A stretch of DNA of 64,000 nucleotides from assembly GCF_006345805.1 (NCBI RefSeq), contig NC_043004.1, positions 19,716,001 to 19,780,000 on the forward strand, in the 5' to 3' direction. How positions within the stretch are numbered: the stretch's first letter is position 1; the number at the start of each line of letters is the position of its first letter. This document shows, in pieces, positions 37,996 to 52,169 of the stretch. Below the pieces are notes generated by a model. It was not told where the DNA came from, made no database searches, and saw only the letters and a list, made by a program, of their open reading frames with translations. The position numbers and the translations under genes are program-made. This stretch comes from Octopus sinensis. Taxonomy: Eukaryota.

Positions 37996-40152
37996 GAATT
38001 ACTGAACGAGGAGAAAGAGGGAAATAGAAGTGGAAGACAGAAAAAGGCATTGTGAAAGGGAGGGTGAGTAGAATGAGTAATCATTTGTGGCAGAGTCTTA
38101 ATTGTAATATAGTAAAAGTTTTTGTTTACCAAAGCAGAGAACCCACTACAATGTAAAGGACTGAAATTAAGTATTACAGATTATTTGCTCTAATTGCTTG
38201 TAGAGCTTAATTTATAGTAATATCTGCCTCTTTTGTGGTTTGACAATAAAAGTTGTTGACTAATAACGTATAAGCTATAGTATAATTTCTTCTAAAATTC
38301 ATGGATTTATTGCGATGCAGAAACATTATCGGAATGTCGTGAAATGGCTACAAAACTACAATTTAAATCTATGTCGTGGAATTGGCATGCGAGTAAAACG
38401 GAGTTAATGAAGAGAATTACGAATTTAATATATATTGAATTTATTGTTTTATTCGCAAATTTTGTAATCAATGGAGCCCTCCCATTACATTTGTACCTAA
38501 ATGTGTGCACCTACAAATATAATGCTATGTTTGTATCTGTTTGCATTTTTGGGTAACTGCTTCAGTAGTGAAACTCTGAGGGACTTACTGTATTGTTACC
38601 TCAAAAACTGTCCAAACTTGACACTAGTAGTATTTCCAATACACCATCTTTGTATAATCTCTCTTCTTTTACCATGTACTCGGATGACCTCGAAACGAAA
38701 TGAATCAAGTTCTTGGGCTTAAATGCGAATAGAATGAATTCTCGATCATTCCGGGGCGAGACATTCGGTGTTCCTTAACACTCAGTGCTGTGAAGGTAGC
38801 TTTTCCTGGACACTAGCCCGCTGCAAATGACCATTTAAACCAAAACATATACACTATCTATGCGCGATTCATAATGTTTACATAACGAGAGCTGCTTTTA
38901 ATTTTTAATGTAGTTTTGTTTTACATGATGTGCTATACCGGAGCACATCAGCAAATAGACTTCACTCTATTTCCACATAAGTCCCAGGTCAACGATACAT
39001 TTCGTTTCGAGGTGATACGGGTACATGACATTAAAGTGCCACAGTAATGGCGAAATATTGATACCTACCAGTATTGGTCATTCCGAGGTGAGCTGTCTCG
39101 CTTGGTCCAGGGCATTCAGTCCTCTTTAACACTCGGCATCCGCTACATATCAAGTTCTCTCTGTCTTCTTGTCTTCTTTTCTCTGTTTCGTTTTCTCCCT
39201 CTGTTTGGCCGAGCCTCCAGGGGTTCACCGCACACACATGTATGCGCACGCATAGATACCCACAAATATGCACACATAACATATATACACAAATAGATTA
39301 CAAAAGAACATTCTCTCACAGATTTATATAAAACGCATAAAATCTTCCGTAAAAAAATCACATCTGAAGCGCTAATAATTGATTAACCAAAATTTGGATT
39401 ACCTGCTTTTTATTAAAAATATAAAAATCTGTACATCACATAAGACAGTCAGTACACACATACATATACATACATACATACATAGTACATACATACATAC
39501 ATACATACATGCATACATACATACATACATGTTCCCACATGCACACGAATACATACACACGCATACACGCACATGTACGGTTTCTTTAAAATGATGTAAT
39601 GTTTTCAGTAATCGATTAAAGGCGTCGCTTGAAACGGCCGTAATGAATTGACACATGTACATTTTTATTGCTGATTTATATTTTATTCACCTACTTGGAA
39701 TCAGCACTTTGAAAATTTTATAGAAAGTAATTTTTGTATTTTTATATGAAGTACTTGTCTGAACAAACAAGAGCAGATCTATTCAGTAAGTTGGGTCCTG
39801 TTATCTGAATACACTGCAAGAATATCAAGTGCAAACATTTCTGCACACAGTTTGATATTCGACTGATATTGTCTGGGTGTGCGAATTAGATCGACCTAAC
39901 ATGGTGCCTCAATTTAAGTACCTAATTCAACCGAATCTTAATTATATAATATATATACAGGCTGTCCCCCCAAAAGCTGATGATTTTCAATTTTTAATAA
40001 TTTCCCTAAATTTACAACTAAATGCATGAAATTTTGATACAATATAAAGGATATAATGGACATTAATATGCATGAGCGAAATTTTGCAATATACGTTTAT
40101 GTATGTATATCTGCGGTTGCAAGTGTGTTGATAGAAGGGTGTATATGTATGC

Positions 40153-40196
<44 letters not shown>

Positions 40197-40506
40197 GAAC
40201 ATATATGTATAATCATATATCCGGTAAGTGTGCATACATGCCTGTACGAGTATGTATATATGTATGTGTTTGTGTATGTGTGAGTATATTTTATACGTTT
40301 AAATGTCTAATATCTTTGTAAGCATACATCTATGTGTGTGTATATATATATATATGTATATGTATATATACATGTGTGTGTGTGTGTTTCTGTTTATGCG
40401 TGTGTGCGTGTGTGTGTATAGAGATGTGCATATGAGCAGGTAAATGCACGTATACGTTTTGTGTGTGTATGGGCATATACATACATGCATACACACACAC
40501 ACACAC

Positions 40507-40548
<42 letters not shown>

Positions 40549-40631
40549 GTTTGTGTCTTTTTATAATTCTTCCTGTCAATTAGAGTAATTTATCTTTTCT
40601 TCAACGTTTTTTTTTTTTCATAGCGTCTATT

Positions 40632-40702
40632 GTCAAAATAGCCGACGAAAATGCATCGTAGTTCTTAGCTCCAGCATTTGAAACTCTGAGCCTTATTATG
40701 AC
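40632..40702 (+). ncRNA. Decayed type I hammerhead-like motif (CCGACGA core)
   Basis: GTCAAAATAG-CCGACGA-AAATGC...GCATTT-GAA-ACTC t GAGC-C-TTATTATGAC. Stem I pairs at 9 of 10 positions and stem II is a perfect 6 bp. U16.1 is changed to C. Confidence 0.55.
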
Positions 40703-40783
40703 GTCTTACTGATTGTCCTATACTATGAATATATATATATTCCTCTATTTACCTAGTATCGAGGTCTCATTCTTTTGTTTTCA

Positions 40784-40958
<175 letters not shown>

Positions 40959-41703
40959 AATCTATGCAACTTTGTCGCGAAGACATAAAAACCGACGCTG
41001 TTTGTGACACGGTGATATACAATAAATGAATAAATGAACAAACTATAAATCCTATAAATTCCTTTCTATATTTAACTTGAAATTCTATTACAAATGACTC
41101 TATCCTTAATATAATCTCCAAAGTAATAGAACATAAATATCACATTATTACAATGATAGTAGAAGAAGCGTTTAGTGTTTATATGTTTCACAAATACATT
41201 AATGAAACACAAGAGGTAAAAATGCTCTAAACCCTGAACTTCAAATTATATTTGGTAATTTGTTAATAACGTGATAATATTCCTATTAAATCGCAGAATT
41301 AAATTATAAACCTAATTAATGGAATCATAAAATAAATATATACTGAGGGAAATACGTACGGTTGTTTGCTGTGTGCAAAACCTACTAACATACTAATGAA
41401 AAGTAATTAATTAATTACAACTACTTCCTTAATGTATCGAAGCAATATTTGTCTGAACGTTTAATTATCGTTCGGAAAAGAAAGCGTGACAACATTGTTA
41501 TTAAGATTTATTGATAATGAAGTAAGGGCGATCTGTAGTAGTTATGTTTATGATGGAGTATATGACGTTTCAATTCATATCCCATTACATATTTATGATA
41601 ATGGAAGTTTTCTACGTAAACGTAACGTTATTTCAAATAAAATTTTTCATTAAATCTCTGAACTGATTGCAATGTCTTGGATAAAAGTTTGGTCTAAATA
41701 ATC

Positions 41704-42039
<336 letters not shown>

Positions 42040-42065
42040 AAATAATATGTGACAATTATTCGGTA

Positions 42066-42135
42066 GCCAAGATAACACTCTGAGTTTCGGATGCTGAGGT
42101 GGAAATCCACACTACCATCTCTTCGGTTATCTGGC
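42066..42135 (-). ncRNA. Decayed type I hammerhead-like motif (CCGAAGA core)
   Basis: Minus strand GCCAGATAA-CCGAAGA-GATG...GTGG attt CCAC...CATC-C-GAA-ACTC a GAGT-G-TTATCTTGGC. Position 17 is G, which is non-cleavable. Confidence 0.6.
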
Positions 42136-44289
42136 CATCTAAAAAGAGCTATGAAAAAAAGTTATACAAAGGGAAATTACTGTGTTATAGACTGCTACTT
42201 ATGCAAAAGCGATAATTCGAATGACCGCTAATTAAGATAAGGTTAAAAGTCCATAGTAAACGCGTAAGCGTGCTTGTTCATACTTACCCACGTGCACAAA
42301 ATGCCAATCTGATTACATGAAAGTATCTCATCTCATCACTATAATGTGCACAATACCTTCACACAATGTACACATACCTACCATGTGCCGTATACCTACA
42401 CGCAATTTATAAGCATGTAAGCACATATACACACACACTCACTCACACACACCACAAACGCACGCGCACACACACGCACATACACGCACGCACACACACA
42501 CACACACATATATACAGTCAATTTCAAATAATTTACATAAATATATCCTTTATGCCTTTTCCTGTCTCTCTTTTCTTTCTTACCCTTCTATTCAACGCTT
42601 TATTTTCCCTTTCCCTATGTATTTCAGTAGAACGAAATTCTCAAGCTTCCTCTTTACTCCCCATTACAGGAATGTTTTTTTTTTACAATCTCAGTCTCTC
42701 TATTCGTTCATTTACTTTACTTTCTGTTATTCTCTATTTATCGTCCCGCTCAAAATCTTCCCTCCCACCTCATCTCTTTTCCACTTCAATAGCGTCACCT
42801 ACGAACAAAACAGCGGTCAAGTGCTATGATTGATAATCTGTCTTCCTTCATGAAGTTTCCCTAAAATATGTCGGGAAATCCTATTTCTGGTCCAAGATAA
42901 CAAGACAATATAGCAATTAACACTGGATATTTTTCCCGATGTATCCTATGATATTTAAATATCAAGTGCTTCGAAGATATCTTACATTCACTTTCGTATT
43001 TTAGTACTTGACAATGAGGAATTATCTAGTCTATTAATTTGAATGGTCAGTCTTGGATCATGCAGAATAAATGGAGGAAAGTATTGTCTTCTTCAATATA
43101 GACTTTTTAAATCTTGTAATTCACGTATTTATTTTTGGAAATACACTTTTGTTGATCTCTGTCTAGGTATTATGTACGTATTTAAAATGCACGGAATGAA
43201 TATATTGACACCACTTTAACTAAAACACGAGTCTTGACATTTGGTAGATTGTTAGGTCGGTCAGTAGTTGAATGTTGTTTCTGTTGACCTCTCCCACTGC
43301 TTAAGATGATCGAGTTAACCATTCAATATACATTACAATAGGACAAGGAAATGAACTCACTGACCGTTGTAAACATTTAAATGTGTAAGCTTATAAGGAA
43401 ACAAGTTTCGGTCATATATAACCTTTGAACGGTTTCACTGGAGAAGATGTCCAAATCAATTGCCACAACTATCCTCAAATATATATGCAAACATCTACTC
43501 CATACTTTACATAGGAATGGAAATGTGAAATACTAAAAAATATAAGGAATCCAATTTAAAGTAGTTGTAATGTGTTAGTAAATTTTATGACCACACATAT
43601 GTAAAATTAAATTTATTTTTTAAATATTTTATAGATGGAATAAACAAGATGTGACAACTCCAGTTTCTTTATAAGTCTGTCATTAATGCAGAAAATTCAC
43701 ATCAGATTGTTCTTCTCGGAGAAAATATCCAAAAGAAAAATATAGAATCTGTTCTGACAGTTGTGATGGAAATTTTCAAAATGTTTAAAATGGTGGAGAG
43801 ACATTTACCGAATTATAAATACAAGCAATATAATTTCACCTGACGCAAATATCTCTATGCTGTTTTATGTATTGTATAATAAATTTAAAATAAAGACCTA
43901 AACATCATTTTATCGTTCATAATTGGGCAGTGATTCTCATGTATTTGCAAATATGTAACATGAGTATTTATACTTAATTTTATCCGAGTTCATTATTAAA
44001 AATATTTGATATAATTTAGAGTTTTTATGTATGAAAAATTAAATACAATTTAATATTAGTCACATTTAACTAGAGCTACTGATTATCAAGATGCTTTTCA
44101 GATTTCGTGATTTACTAACAAAATTAATGTTCTATGAAATCGATATGTGGTTTATATTCCTTGCTATAGACTAGACAGTAATATTTTTATTTTCATGTGG
44201 CACATTTCACAAGTATTCATACCTGATGCTGTAAATACGCTACAGCAGGAACTAACAATCTGTTGTAATATCATGCACCTTATATGATT

Positions 44290-44490
44290 TTTGGCTCCAA
44301 AATTTGGCATGGAGTCAGCAATTTCGGGGGTGGCAGTAAGAGAAGTACATCGACTCCTGTTTTCAACTGGTATTTATTTAATCGATTCCGAAGGTTGGAA
44401 ATGCAAATAACACAGAATCTAAGAACTGAAAAAGTGCCGCGAAGAATTTTTGTCTGTAGGGCTAACGATCCTACTAACTCCCCGCCATAA
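44290..44490 (-). mobile_element. SINE family 1, decayed
   Basis: Reverse complement of the head TTATGGCGGGGAGTTAGTAGGATCGTTAGC, and an AAATACCAGTTGAAAACAGGAGTCGATG body. Confidence 0.6.
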
Positions 44491-44726
44491 CTTGTATGGC
44501 TATTAGCAAACAATTAAGTCAGTTAGTAGTCGAACGTATAGAATAATAAGGTGTTATGTTAACTATTTTAAAAACTGTCGTGGAAATTTCAATTGTAAAT
44601 TTCTTTAAAATAGACCAACGTAACACGAGTACACTAACAATAAAACATATTAATAAGTACCAGCTCTATTCCAGTAATATGTAATTCAGGCCATAGCCTA
44701 ATGAAAACAGAACGCCGAACGCACAC

Positions 44727-47260
44727 TGTAGATAAGACTGGCTTAAAAACATGTTCTTGTTAAACAATTTACAGCAGATTTTATAGATAGGAAAAGAACC
44801 AATCAGAATTAACCGTCATGCACACACGCACACGCGCGATAGACTGAATGATACAACACGTAGTCGTGAGTTCAAGTTGTAACATCTTTTTCTCTCCTAG
44901 TCGATATTATATGCCTGACCCTGATAGCGGTCAACAGGTTCTGATGTACCCTCTGATCGTAGCAATATATGGTTGTTAGTTGTTTCTCTTTCTTCCAAAC
45001 TGTCGCTTTCACCTGCTGAGGTTGACCCAGCCTCATCGCTAACTTCCGTTTGATCATTCGTTGCATTCGTTACTCGAGATCGAATGCGATTCGAATGTCT
45101 GCGCACAACTTGACCACTTGGTAAATGCAAATTTATTGATCTTCCAAAAGTTTCAACTACTGTTGCTGGTTGCCAACGCGGCTCATTAGGAAATCGAGTG
45201 TACCCAGCATCAGATGCCTTCAATTGTGGTCATTCCTTGTTCTTTCGTGTTTGGTTTTCTTCAATATTTTTGTGCTATGACGAAAATAAAAGATTGAATA
45301 TTGTTTGCAGATTGCGACCAAACAATAATGATCCAGTTTAGTCTGGAGGCTTCCGGTACTTTGTTTTTTCAACCCAGCCTTTACCGTCTGAACAGCTTGT
45401 TCTGCTAGGACGTTTGAAGATGGATGATACGGTGCAGTTCTTATGTGACGTATCCCATTCTGTCTCAAGATGTTTGGAAAACTTCACTTGTTAAAGGAGT
45501 ACCATTATCTGAACTGATTCTTTCTGGAATCCCAAATGTAGAAAATGATGAGCGTAGTCGGGATACGGTGGATTCTGTTGTAGCATGTACGACTGGATGT
45601 ACATCCATCCATTTCAAATGTACATCAATAAGCACATCATACCATTAAGAGGACCAAAATAATCAACGTGTAACCTTTGCTACGGTTTTTTTCTGGCCAC
45701 TTCCAGGGATGTACAGAGCCTGGCGTGTTGCGTTGCTGATATTGTTGACAAATGTGACATCTGCACATTTTCTCAATATCAGCATCCATATTGGCCACCA
45801 ACAGTAGCTTCAAGATAATTCCTTCACTCGAGTTATGCCTGGATGAGCACCATGCAACTCATTAAACAATTGTTAACTTAATTTAAAGGGTACAGCTATA
45901 CGAAGACCCCAAAATATGTAACCCTCGCGCATATCCAGTTCATCTTTACGCTGTAAAAACGATTTTAATTCTAAAATCGTTATCGACGGCCACCCTCTTA
46001 AAAGATAATGTTTGATACTGGACAGTATTTGATCTTTGTTAGTCGAAGTATATCCTGTCCTGGGATAGGTGTGCCACTAAAATGTAGCATCATGTGTACC
46101 AGTTCCGCTGGTTGTTCAATTTCGTGTAACGAAGAAGTCAAGGGTAAACGACTCAATACGTCAGCAGTAACATTCTTAGGCCCGGGAACGTAAATCATAC
46201 TTTAGCTATAAGCACTTAACATCAAAGCCCATCTCTGCATTCTAAGTGAACACAATTACTAAATACTCCGCTCTTCTCCAAGTAGTGCAATCAAATGTTT
46301 ATGATCAGTATAAATTTCAAAATGACGGCCTCAAACAGATCGATGGAATCGTTTGATACCAAATAAAACTGCAAGTGCTTCTTTGTCCAACTGAGAATAG
46401 CTCTTTTCAGTTGGTAACAGAGTAAGTGAGGCAAAAGCTACAGGACGAACAGTACTGTCATTTATTCGATGACAAAGGGCTGCACCTAGCGGCGATGGAG
46501 AGATGTATCACATTGTAACATTAAACGTTTATGCGGATCATAATGCACAAGTACAGATGAACTAGTAAGTAACTTCTTAGCTGTAGCTAACGCTTTCTGA
46601 ATTTCAACATTTCACCCCCAAAGTGAATCTTTATGCAATAAGGAATATAAGGGTGTGAGAGCTGTTGAAACATTTGGTAAAAACGACGATAACGTGATAA
46701 CGTTTCTACAAATTATCTTAACTCACTATAGTTTTTAGGTTCTGGTGCATTTAAAATAGGCTGCACTTTATCACTCCTATTTTGCAAACCACCTTTATTA
46801 AGTTGGTAACCAAGATAACAAACAGAATCACACACACAAAAACAAATTGTTCTTCAGTTTTAATCCGCTTTTGTGAAGACGATCGAGTATGATGGCTAAT
46901 GTATGAAGATGTTCATAATCGGAACGCCTGAGACTTTCGTACCCCATCGTTAATACTTGTGTTACCGCCTTCTTCGAAGGGGAAAGCGTCAACAGACTGC
47001 CGTATGGCAGTGAAACATGTGTAACAAAGAGTTTAAAAAACACGGAACAATTTTAACAATAAGCGATTCAACAAGATAACACTGACATACGTCAATGCTG
47101 TCGATAAGACTGGCTTAAAAAACATTTATTCTTGCAAAACAGCAGGTCTTATAGAACGGAAAAGAGCCACTCAGAATTAGCCATCATAGACACACATACA
47201 CGCAGACACGCGATAAACTGAATGACATTTAACACGTAGTCGTAAGTTCAAGTTGTAACA
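44727..47260 (-). mobile_element. Ty3/Gypsy LTR retrotransposon, internally deleted, with both LTRs
   Basis: LTRs at 47099-47260 and 44727-44884 with TG...CA termini, and PPT AGGAGAGAAAAAGA abutting the 3' LTR. RT tail (ILDRLHKSGLKLK), RNase H (PVAFASLTLLPTEKSYSQLDKEALA...YTDHK), integrase zinc finger (HELHGAHPG...CHICQ) and core (RTAPYHPSSN...AEQAVQTVK) occur in Gypsy order. No gag, protease or PBS seen. Confidence 0.95.
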
Positions 47261-47553
47261 CATATGTTAAATACGTATGGTAATTACTGACGATGGCGTT
47301 GGTGATAATGACAATGAAAGCCTTAGTTATAGTACACGTTACATATATTCATTCTATTCTAAATATACTGAGTACTTTATAGTTTTACTGACTAAATTAT
47401 TAGTAGATGAGGCCATTTACCTATAAAAGGGTTAATAATCAATTAAATGAACAGCTGTATTATACTGATTATAAAGAAATTTAATATAAAGCCTGCCGAG
47501 TTGAGATTAAAGCAATGCATAGCGAGAGAAAATGAAACCATATGCAGTATTTA

Positions 47554-48010
47554 CAATGAGCATTCCAGACATTTTGAGACTTTTTCAGACTTCTCTTCAT
47601 TTCAAAGAAGTGCAAAACTCTTATCTCCTACAAAGTAGAATCCCCTGGCATCAACACACGTGTTGAAATTTACAACCACTTTGTGAATACCCCATGAATC
47701 TCCTTCAACTTGGGGTACAACCAAAAATTTCAGGGAACAAAATTTGAACTGAAGAAAGGATAGAGTATAGTTTTGATATCCACATTTGTCAAGTAGTTGG
47801 TTACTTCGTTAGAATTGGGAACTGGCACATTGACCAAATGCTCTGGACTTATGCGACGAAATCTGAAATCGTTCAAAACCTCCACGAAGTACTCTTATTG
47901 AGCTTCGACTAGAGGGAACGCACTAGATGAACATAATGCCCTTGCTGTTGAAAAAGGGAATCACCACGAGGTTCCAGTGACTCTGCTCTGTTTGGCCTCT
48001 TGTACCAGTG
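47554..48010 (-). mobile_element. Mariner 3' remnant, catalytic region and TIR
   Basis: Decayed VIPFFNSKG...EYFVEVL...VTNYLT...IKT...NFWLYPKLK, and a terminal AAAAAGTCTCAAAATGTCTGGAATGCTCATTG followed by TA. Confidence 0.75.
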
Positions 48011-48541
48011 AAAAACAGATATTCGGCTCATACAAGTTAATCTATAAGTAGTCAGTAGTATTTCATAATATTCTGAATGGTGTGTTCAAATTGCTGTAAC
48101 AACCGTCTCTTTCATTCTTGAATAACAAAAGTTAGCAGCTCAGTTTATTAAATATATAGAACGGATATACTAAAATTACAATAATCCTGAATTATTATAA
48201 CTGTCACTTCTAAAAAATATCTCAAATCTAGAATACAATCCTTATACTGCTATATTCTTCCGACGTTTCCTATTTTAGTAAATAATGATAGAAAAACATT
48301 TTATTTTAACAGGCAGTTCTCTTACAAAGCTCATGTTTTATAAGAAAATTGTAATTCAGTTGATCTCTGTGTTATGCATTATTATAAACTAATGATATTA
48401 GATTTAATTATTTTGGAAGAAAGCATCTAACAAAATGTTTTAAAGTATTTGTTTCAACTATTTATCAGTACAAAGTATTTAACAATAGGCAAATACAAAT
48501 GAAGCATAATAAAGACAAAGAAAGTCATTGCATTTCTATAG

Positions 48542-48588
48542 CGTTTGGCTCCGTCGGATCGATTCGTGAGAACACCAAATGTTTTCAG
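48542..48588 (+). CDS. Candidate 47-nt micro-exon
   Basis: Acceptor gcatttctatag, donor TCAG/gtaaat, CpG-rich against an AT background. Two frames are open (FGSVGSIRENTKCFQ or RLAPSDRFVRTPNVF). Confidence 0.2.
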
Positions 48589-49118
48589 GTAAATTCTACC
48601 AAGAAATGAACAATTGAATTGCTAAAACAGCAGAGTCCTATCATTGAGAAGTGTACGATCATGGTTACTAAGATGAGGATAATTGTTTTAGAAAATGATT
48701 TGTTATTCTTTCATGAAGGTCACGGAATTTCAGAGATCAATGAAGTCTATTTTACAAATGTTTGACTCAATAGCTTATCTCCATTTAATATTAACAGAAA
48801 AAATCCCTCAAATCAACTTCTGCCTAGTTAAGCGCAGCAGGGAGACTTTGATCATTAAGAGTAAATGAAGGACTGCAGCTAAAGTTTTCCTTTATCTCTT
48901 TTACCGCTTATGGGAATTGATATTATCCAGTTTTGCATCAGATCAATTTAATCAAAATTGAAGCTCGTTATAAATAGGCATTAAACTCAGTTGCTTAATG
49001 TTAAAACTAATTACCCAAAATAATACAAGCCCCATAAAATATATTCCAATAGTTTACATTACTGGATATTATCCATATGTATATGCCAAAAGTCCCACAA
49101 CTCACTCACACACATATA

Positions 49119-49199
<81 letters not shown>

Positions 49200-49202
<3 letters not shown>

Positions 49203-49350
49203 GTAAAGACCCCCTTCGGTCATGAATGACCATGGGATTGCACCTAGAAAGTTACCCTCCTAGACACAAGTCCGGGCAAGGTTGTTTATGGAAGACCAGC
49301 AGTCGCCCATGCATACCAGCCTCCCCTCTCCACGCCACCAGTGTTATCCA
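49200..49350 (-). mobile_element. SINE tail fragment (same family as 11795-12118)
   Basis: GGTCATGAATGACCATGGGATTGCACCTAGAAAGTTAC...CAAGGTTGTTTATGGAAGACC is shared with 11808-11890. Confidence 0.8.
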
Positions 49351-50414
49351 AATAATATATAATATATATATACACATGTATAATATTTGCATTTTAATAT
49401 TTCCATATAAATTTGTAGAATTTGATTCAATAATTTTATTTATTTTATTTATGTGTGTCAAACATTTTTAGTAAGTAATATAATTTATAAAAAATAATGA
49501 GTAAATAATCTGAAATAGAATGGGTTAAAATACGTGTTTGCATTTAGGATTACGAAAACATTCAAAAATTATTAGCTGCATACCACACCCAATGAGATTG
49601 TCTTTAAGCAATAGAATTAATACAATGTCTTTACAAGGCATATGAGCCTTTCCAAAAACCGAAGCCAATGAAATTGATGTTAAATTATGCGATAAACGAA
49701 AATCCGACCAAAAATAATAACAAACAGAACTATTTCGATAGAAAAAATGACAGGTATTAAAAAAAGAAACCTACAAACTTCAAAGGTAATTACATTGCGT
49801 TCTATGGACGCTATCTTTTATTCAATGTCTGTGAATACTTGTTGATATCACCGGTTCGTAAATGACATTCTTTACTGACAGGCTAATTTTCTTTCGAAGA
49901 TAGAGGATTACATGAGTTTCTACTAACTTCTGGTTTCTTTTCAAGTTGCAGTAACCATGGCCGTGTCAGCAGTATTATATCAAGAACGAAAAGTAGTAGT
50001 GAGATTATATACCAAACTCTACATGCATTTCAAATATTAAGAAGATTTGTCTTCATCTAAATAAACTAATACAAAATATTTCATTTGAATTCAAGATATG
50101 TACATTCGAAAGATTAGTATTCAGGAATTTTCATTTCAAAAGACTTACACAATTTTCGTATAGTTTTGTTTTATTGTTAAGCACATTTGGCGTCCAGAAT
50201 GAAAAATTGTAAATGATATGCATAAAATCAGCTGTGTCTGTGTTTGATAACTTTTTCTTAATTTCGGAAAAAAAGAAATATTCTGTACTGGAGAAGAAAA
50301 ACAATTAAACAATAACTATAATGATGATGATGATGATGATGATAGTAGTAGTAGTAGTAGTAATGATGATGATGATAATAATAATACCACGATCAAAAAC
50401 AAAAATAACTCTTT

Positions 50415-50580
50415 TCAGTTTTTAAGGAAGCTGAAAAATACAAAAGAGAAGTCATAGTGCCTAAGAACTATGAATAAAAAGAAGAAACAACAAAAGCTGT
50501 AAAACAAGTGAAATTCAAACTAAAACTGGAACAGCAACGGAACGTGATAAAACAATGGCAAGAAAAGCCCCTGCTTTCAC
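50415..50580 (+). mobile_element. RLE-type LINE fragment (post-RT region)
   Basis: KEAEKYKREV...KAVKQVKFKLKLEQQRNVIKQWQEKPL resembles the W.EKPLHG region of R4/Dong-like elements. Confidence 0.6.
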
Positions 50581-52169
50581 CTAGCCGAAAATGTCAACTA
50601 CTGCAAGAAATGTCTCTCTGTATTTAGAAAAAGCTCCACCTGAGCAAAAGGCACACAAATTGTGTACAGTAACCGAGCAAGAATACCATAGGAGATCAGC
50701 ATACGCGTAGACAACAATAATATACCTGACATCGATCTCCAGGCTAAAACTGAAAATATGACATCGTATTGCCAAATATTTATATTGTGCAAAAGGGAAC
50801 TGAAAATATAACAATCTACATAGACGTAACTCATCAGTTTCTAGAATTAGATTATGCTGGTTAAGATTCTTGTCTACCTTCCTATTTGTATTTAGAACAT
50901 ACAGAATGATATATAACCATTTATGCTCGTGACAAGTTATTTAGAAGGATTATATATTTTTGCGGATTTTCAAATGGACATACTCAAAATGAAAGAACGT
51001 CAGAAAGCAGATTATCTTAGAAAATCGTAAAGGCGCCAGCGAGCTTTGAATAAGATAAATAGCTAAACATAATAACGAGTTTATCGAACTAATTCTGCCA
51101 AGAATTAGACAAAAATGATATAGAAATCAACGTGGAACCAGCAATATTTGAAAGGATAAGGATGATGCCATCAATCACTGTGCAAAGTCTCAAATGTAAT
51201 ACATTATCAATCGTGAAAGTTGATATCAACTTCAGAAATAGCTTAATCACTTCTCAAATCGCAGGATTGTAAAGTACATGTTAATAACAAGATTCCCAAC
51301 CTCTGGTTGTAATACCTAACTAGCAAAATCAAAGTATGAGCGGAAATATTAAATAACATCTTTAAATAACTGGGAAATGCTCCTAGTACGTCAATCTAGT
51401 ATGTTAAACTATGTTTCTCAAAGTTTCCCTCAACGAAATTCACTCACAACTTATTGATCCCATAATATATCCATATTTTTTTCCTGATTGCTTAGATGGA
51501 TAGCATCACAATATGCTAAATGAAAGAGGCAATAGAAAGGTAATGTGTTTAATTTCATTTTTATTGGTTAAGGAATATTACGAAATTAAATATGTTGTAT
51601 CGTGGACACCGTCATTTCCAACAGTTTTTGGAACAGTAAATATAAATAGGTGGAACACTACAAACTTTCTTGCTAAACTTACTACAATCCCATGTTGGCA
51701 AAAATGACTAAATTCGTGTCTGCTACTGACGCTCAGATGCACTGTCTATTCTTGCCACCCATTCTGGTATAATCAACATGAGCCTGTGATATATCTCCTA
51801 ATTGACAACCTTCTGTATAATAGTCATCTATTAACATGGGTTAAAGTTCCAATGTAGTATCAAGATCTCAACGCTTTGAATTTCATGCTTCAAGATATAA
51901 TGAACAATGAACAACTTTTTTAACGAGGGTGGTGGTGGTGATTATTAGTTACCAGTGGAGAATTCTCTTATTTTTTTCGTAGAGCTCAACGAATTTTGGT
52001 AAATGATGAAACTATCCTCAATTTGAAGTAAATGCTAAGTTTTGTATATTGATAATCCTGCTTGCAACTTTGCTTTATTACACATATCTTGACTTATCTT
52101 GTTCATACTTCTTCGCCGTTCTCTTCTATTTTTAAGGAGATTCTTTGCTTGGCAAGCATGTCTAAAACA

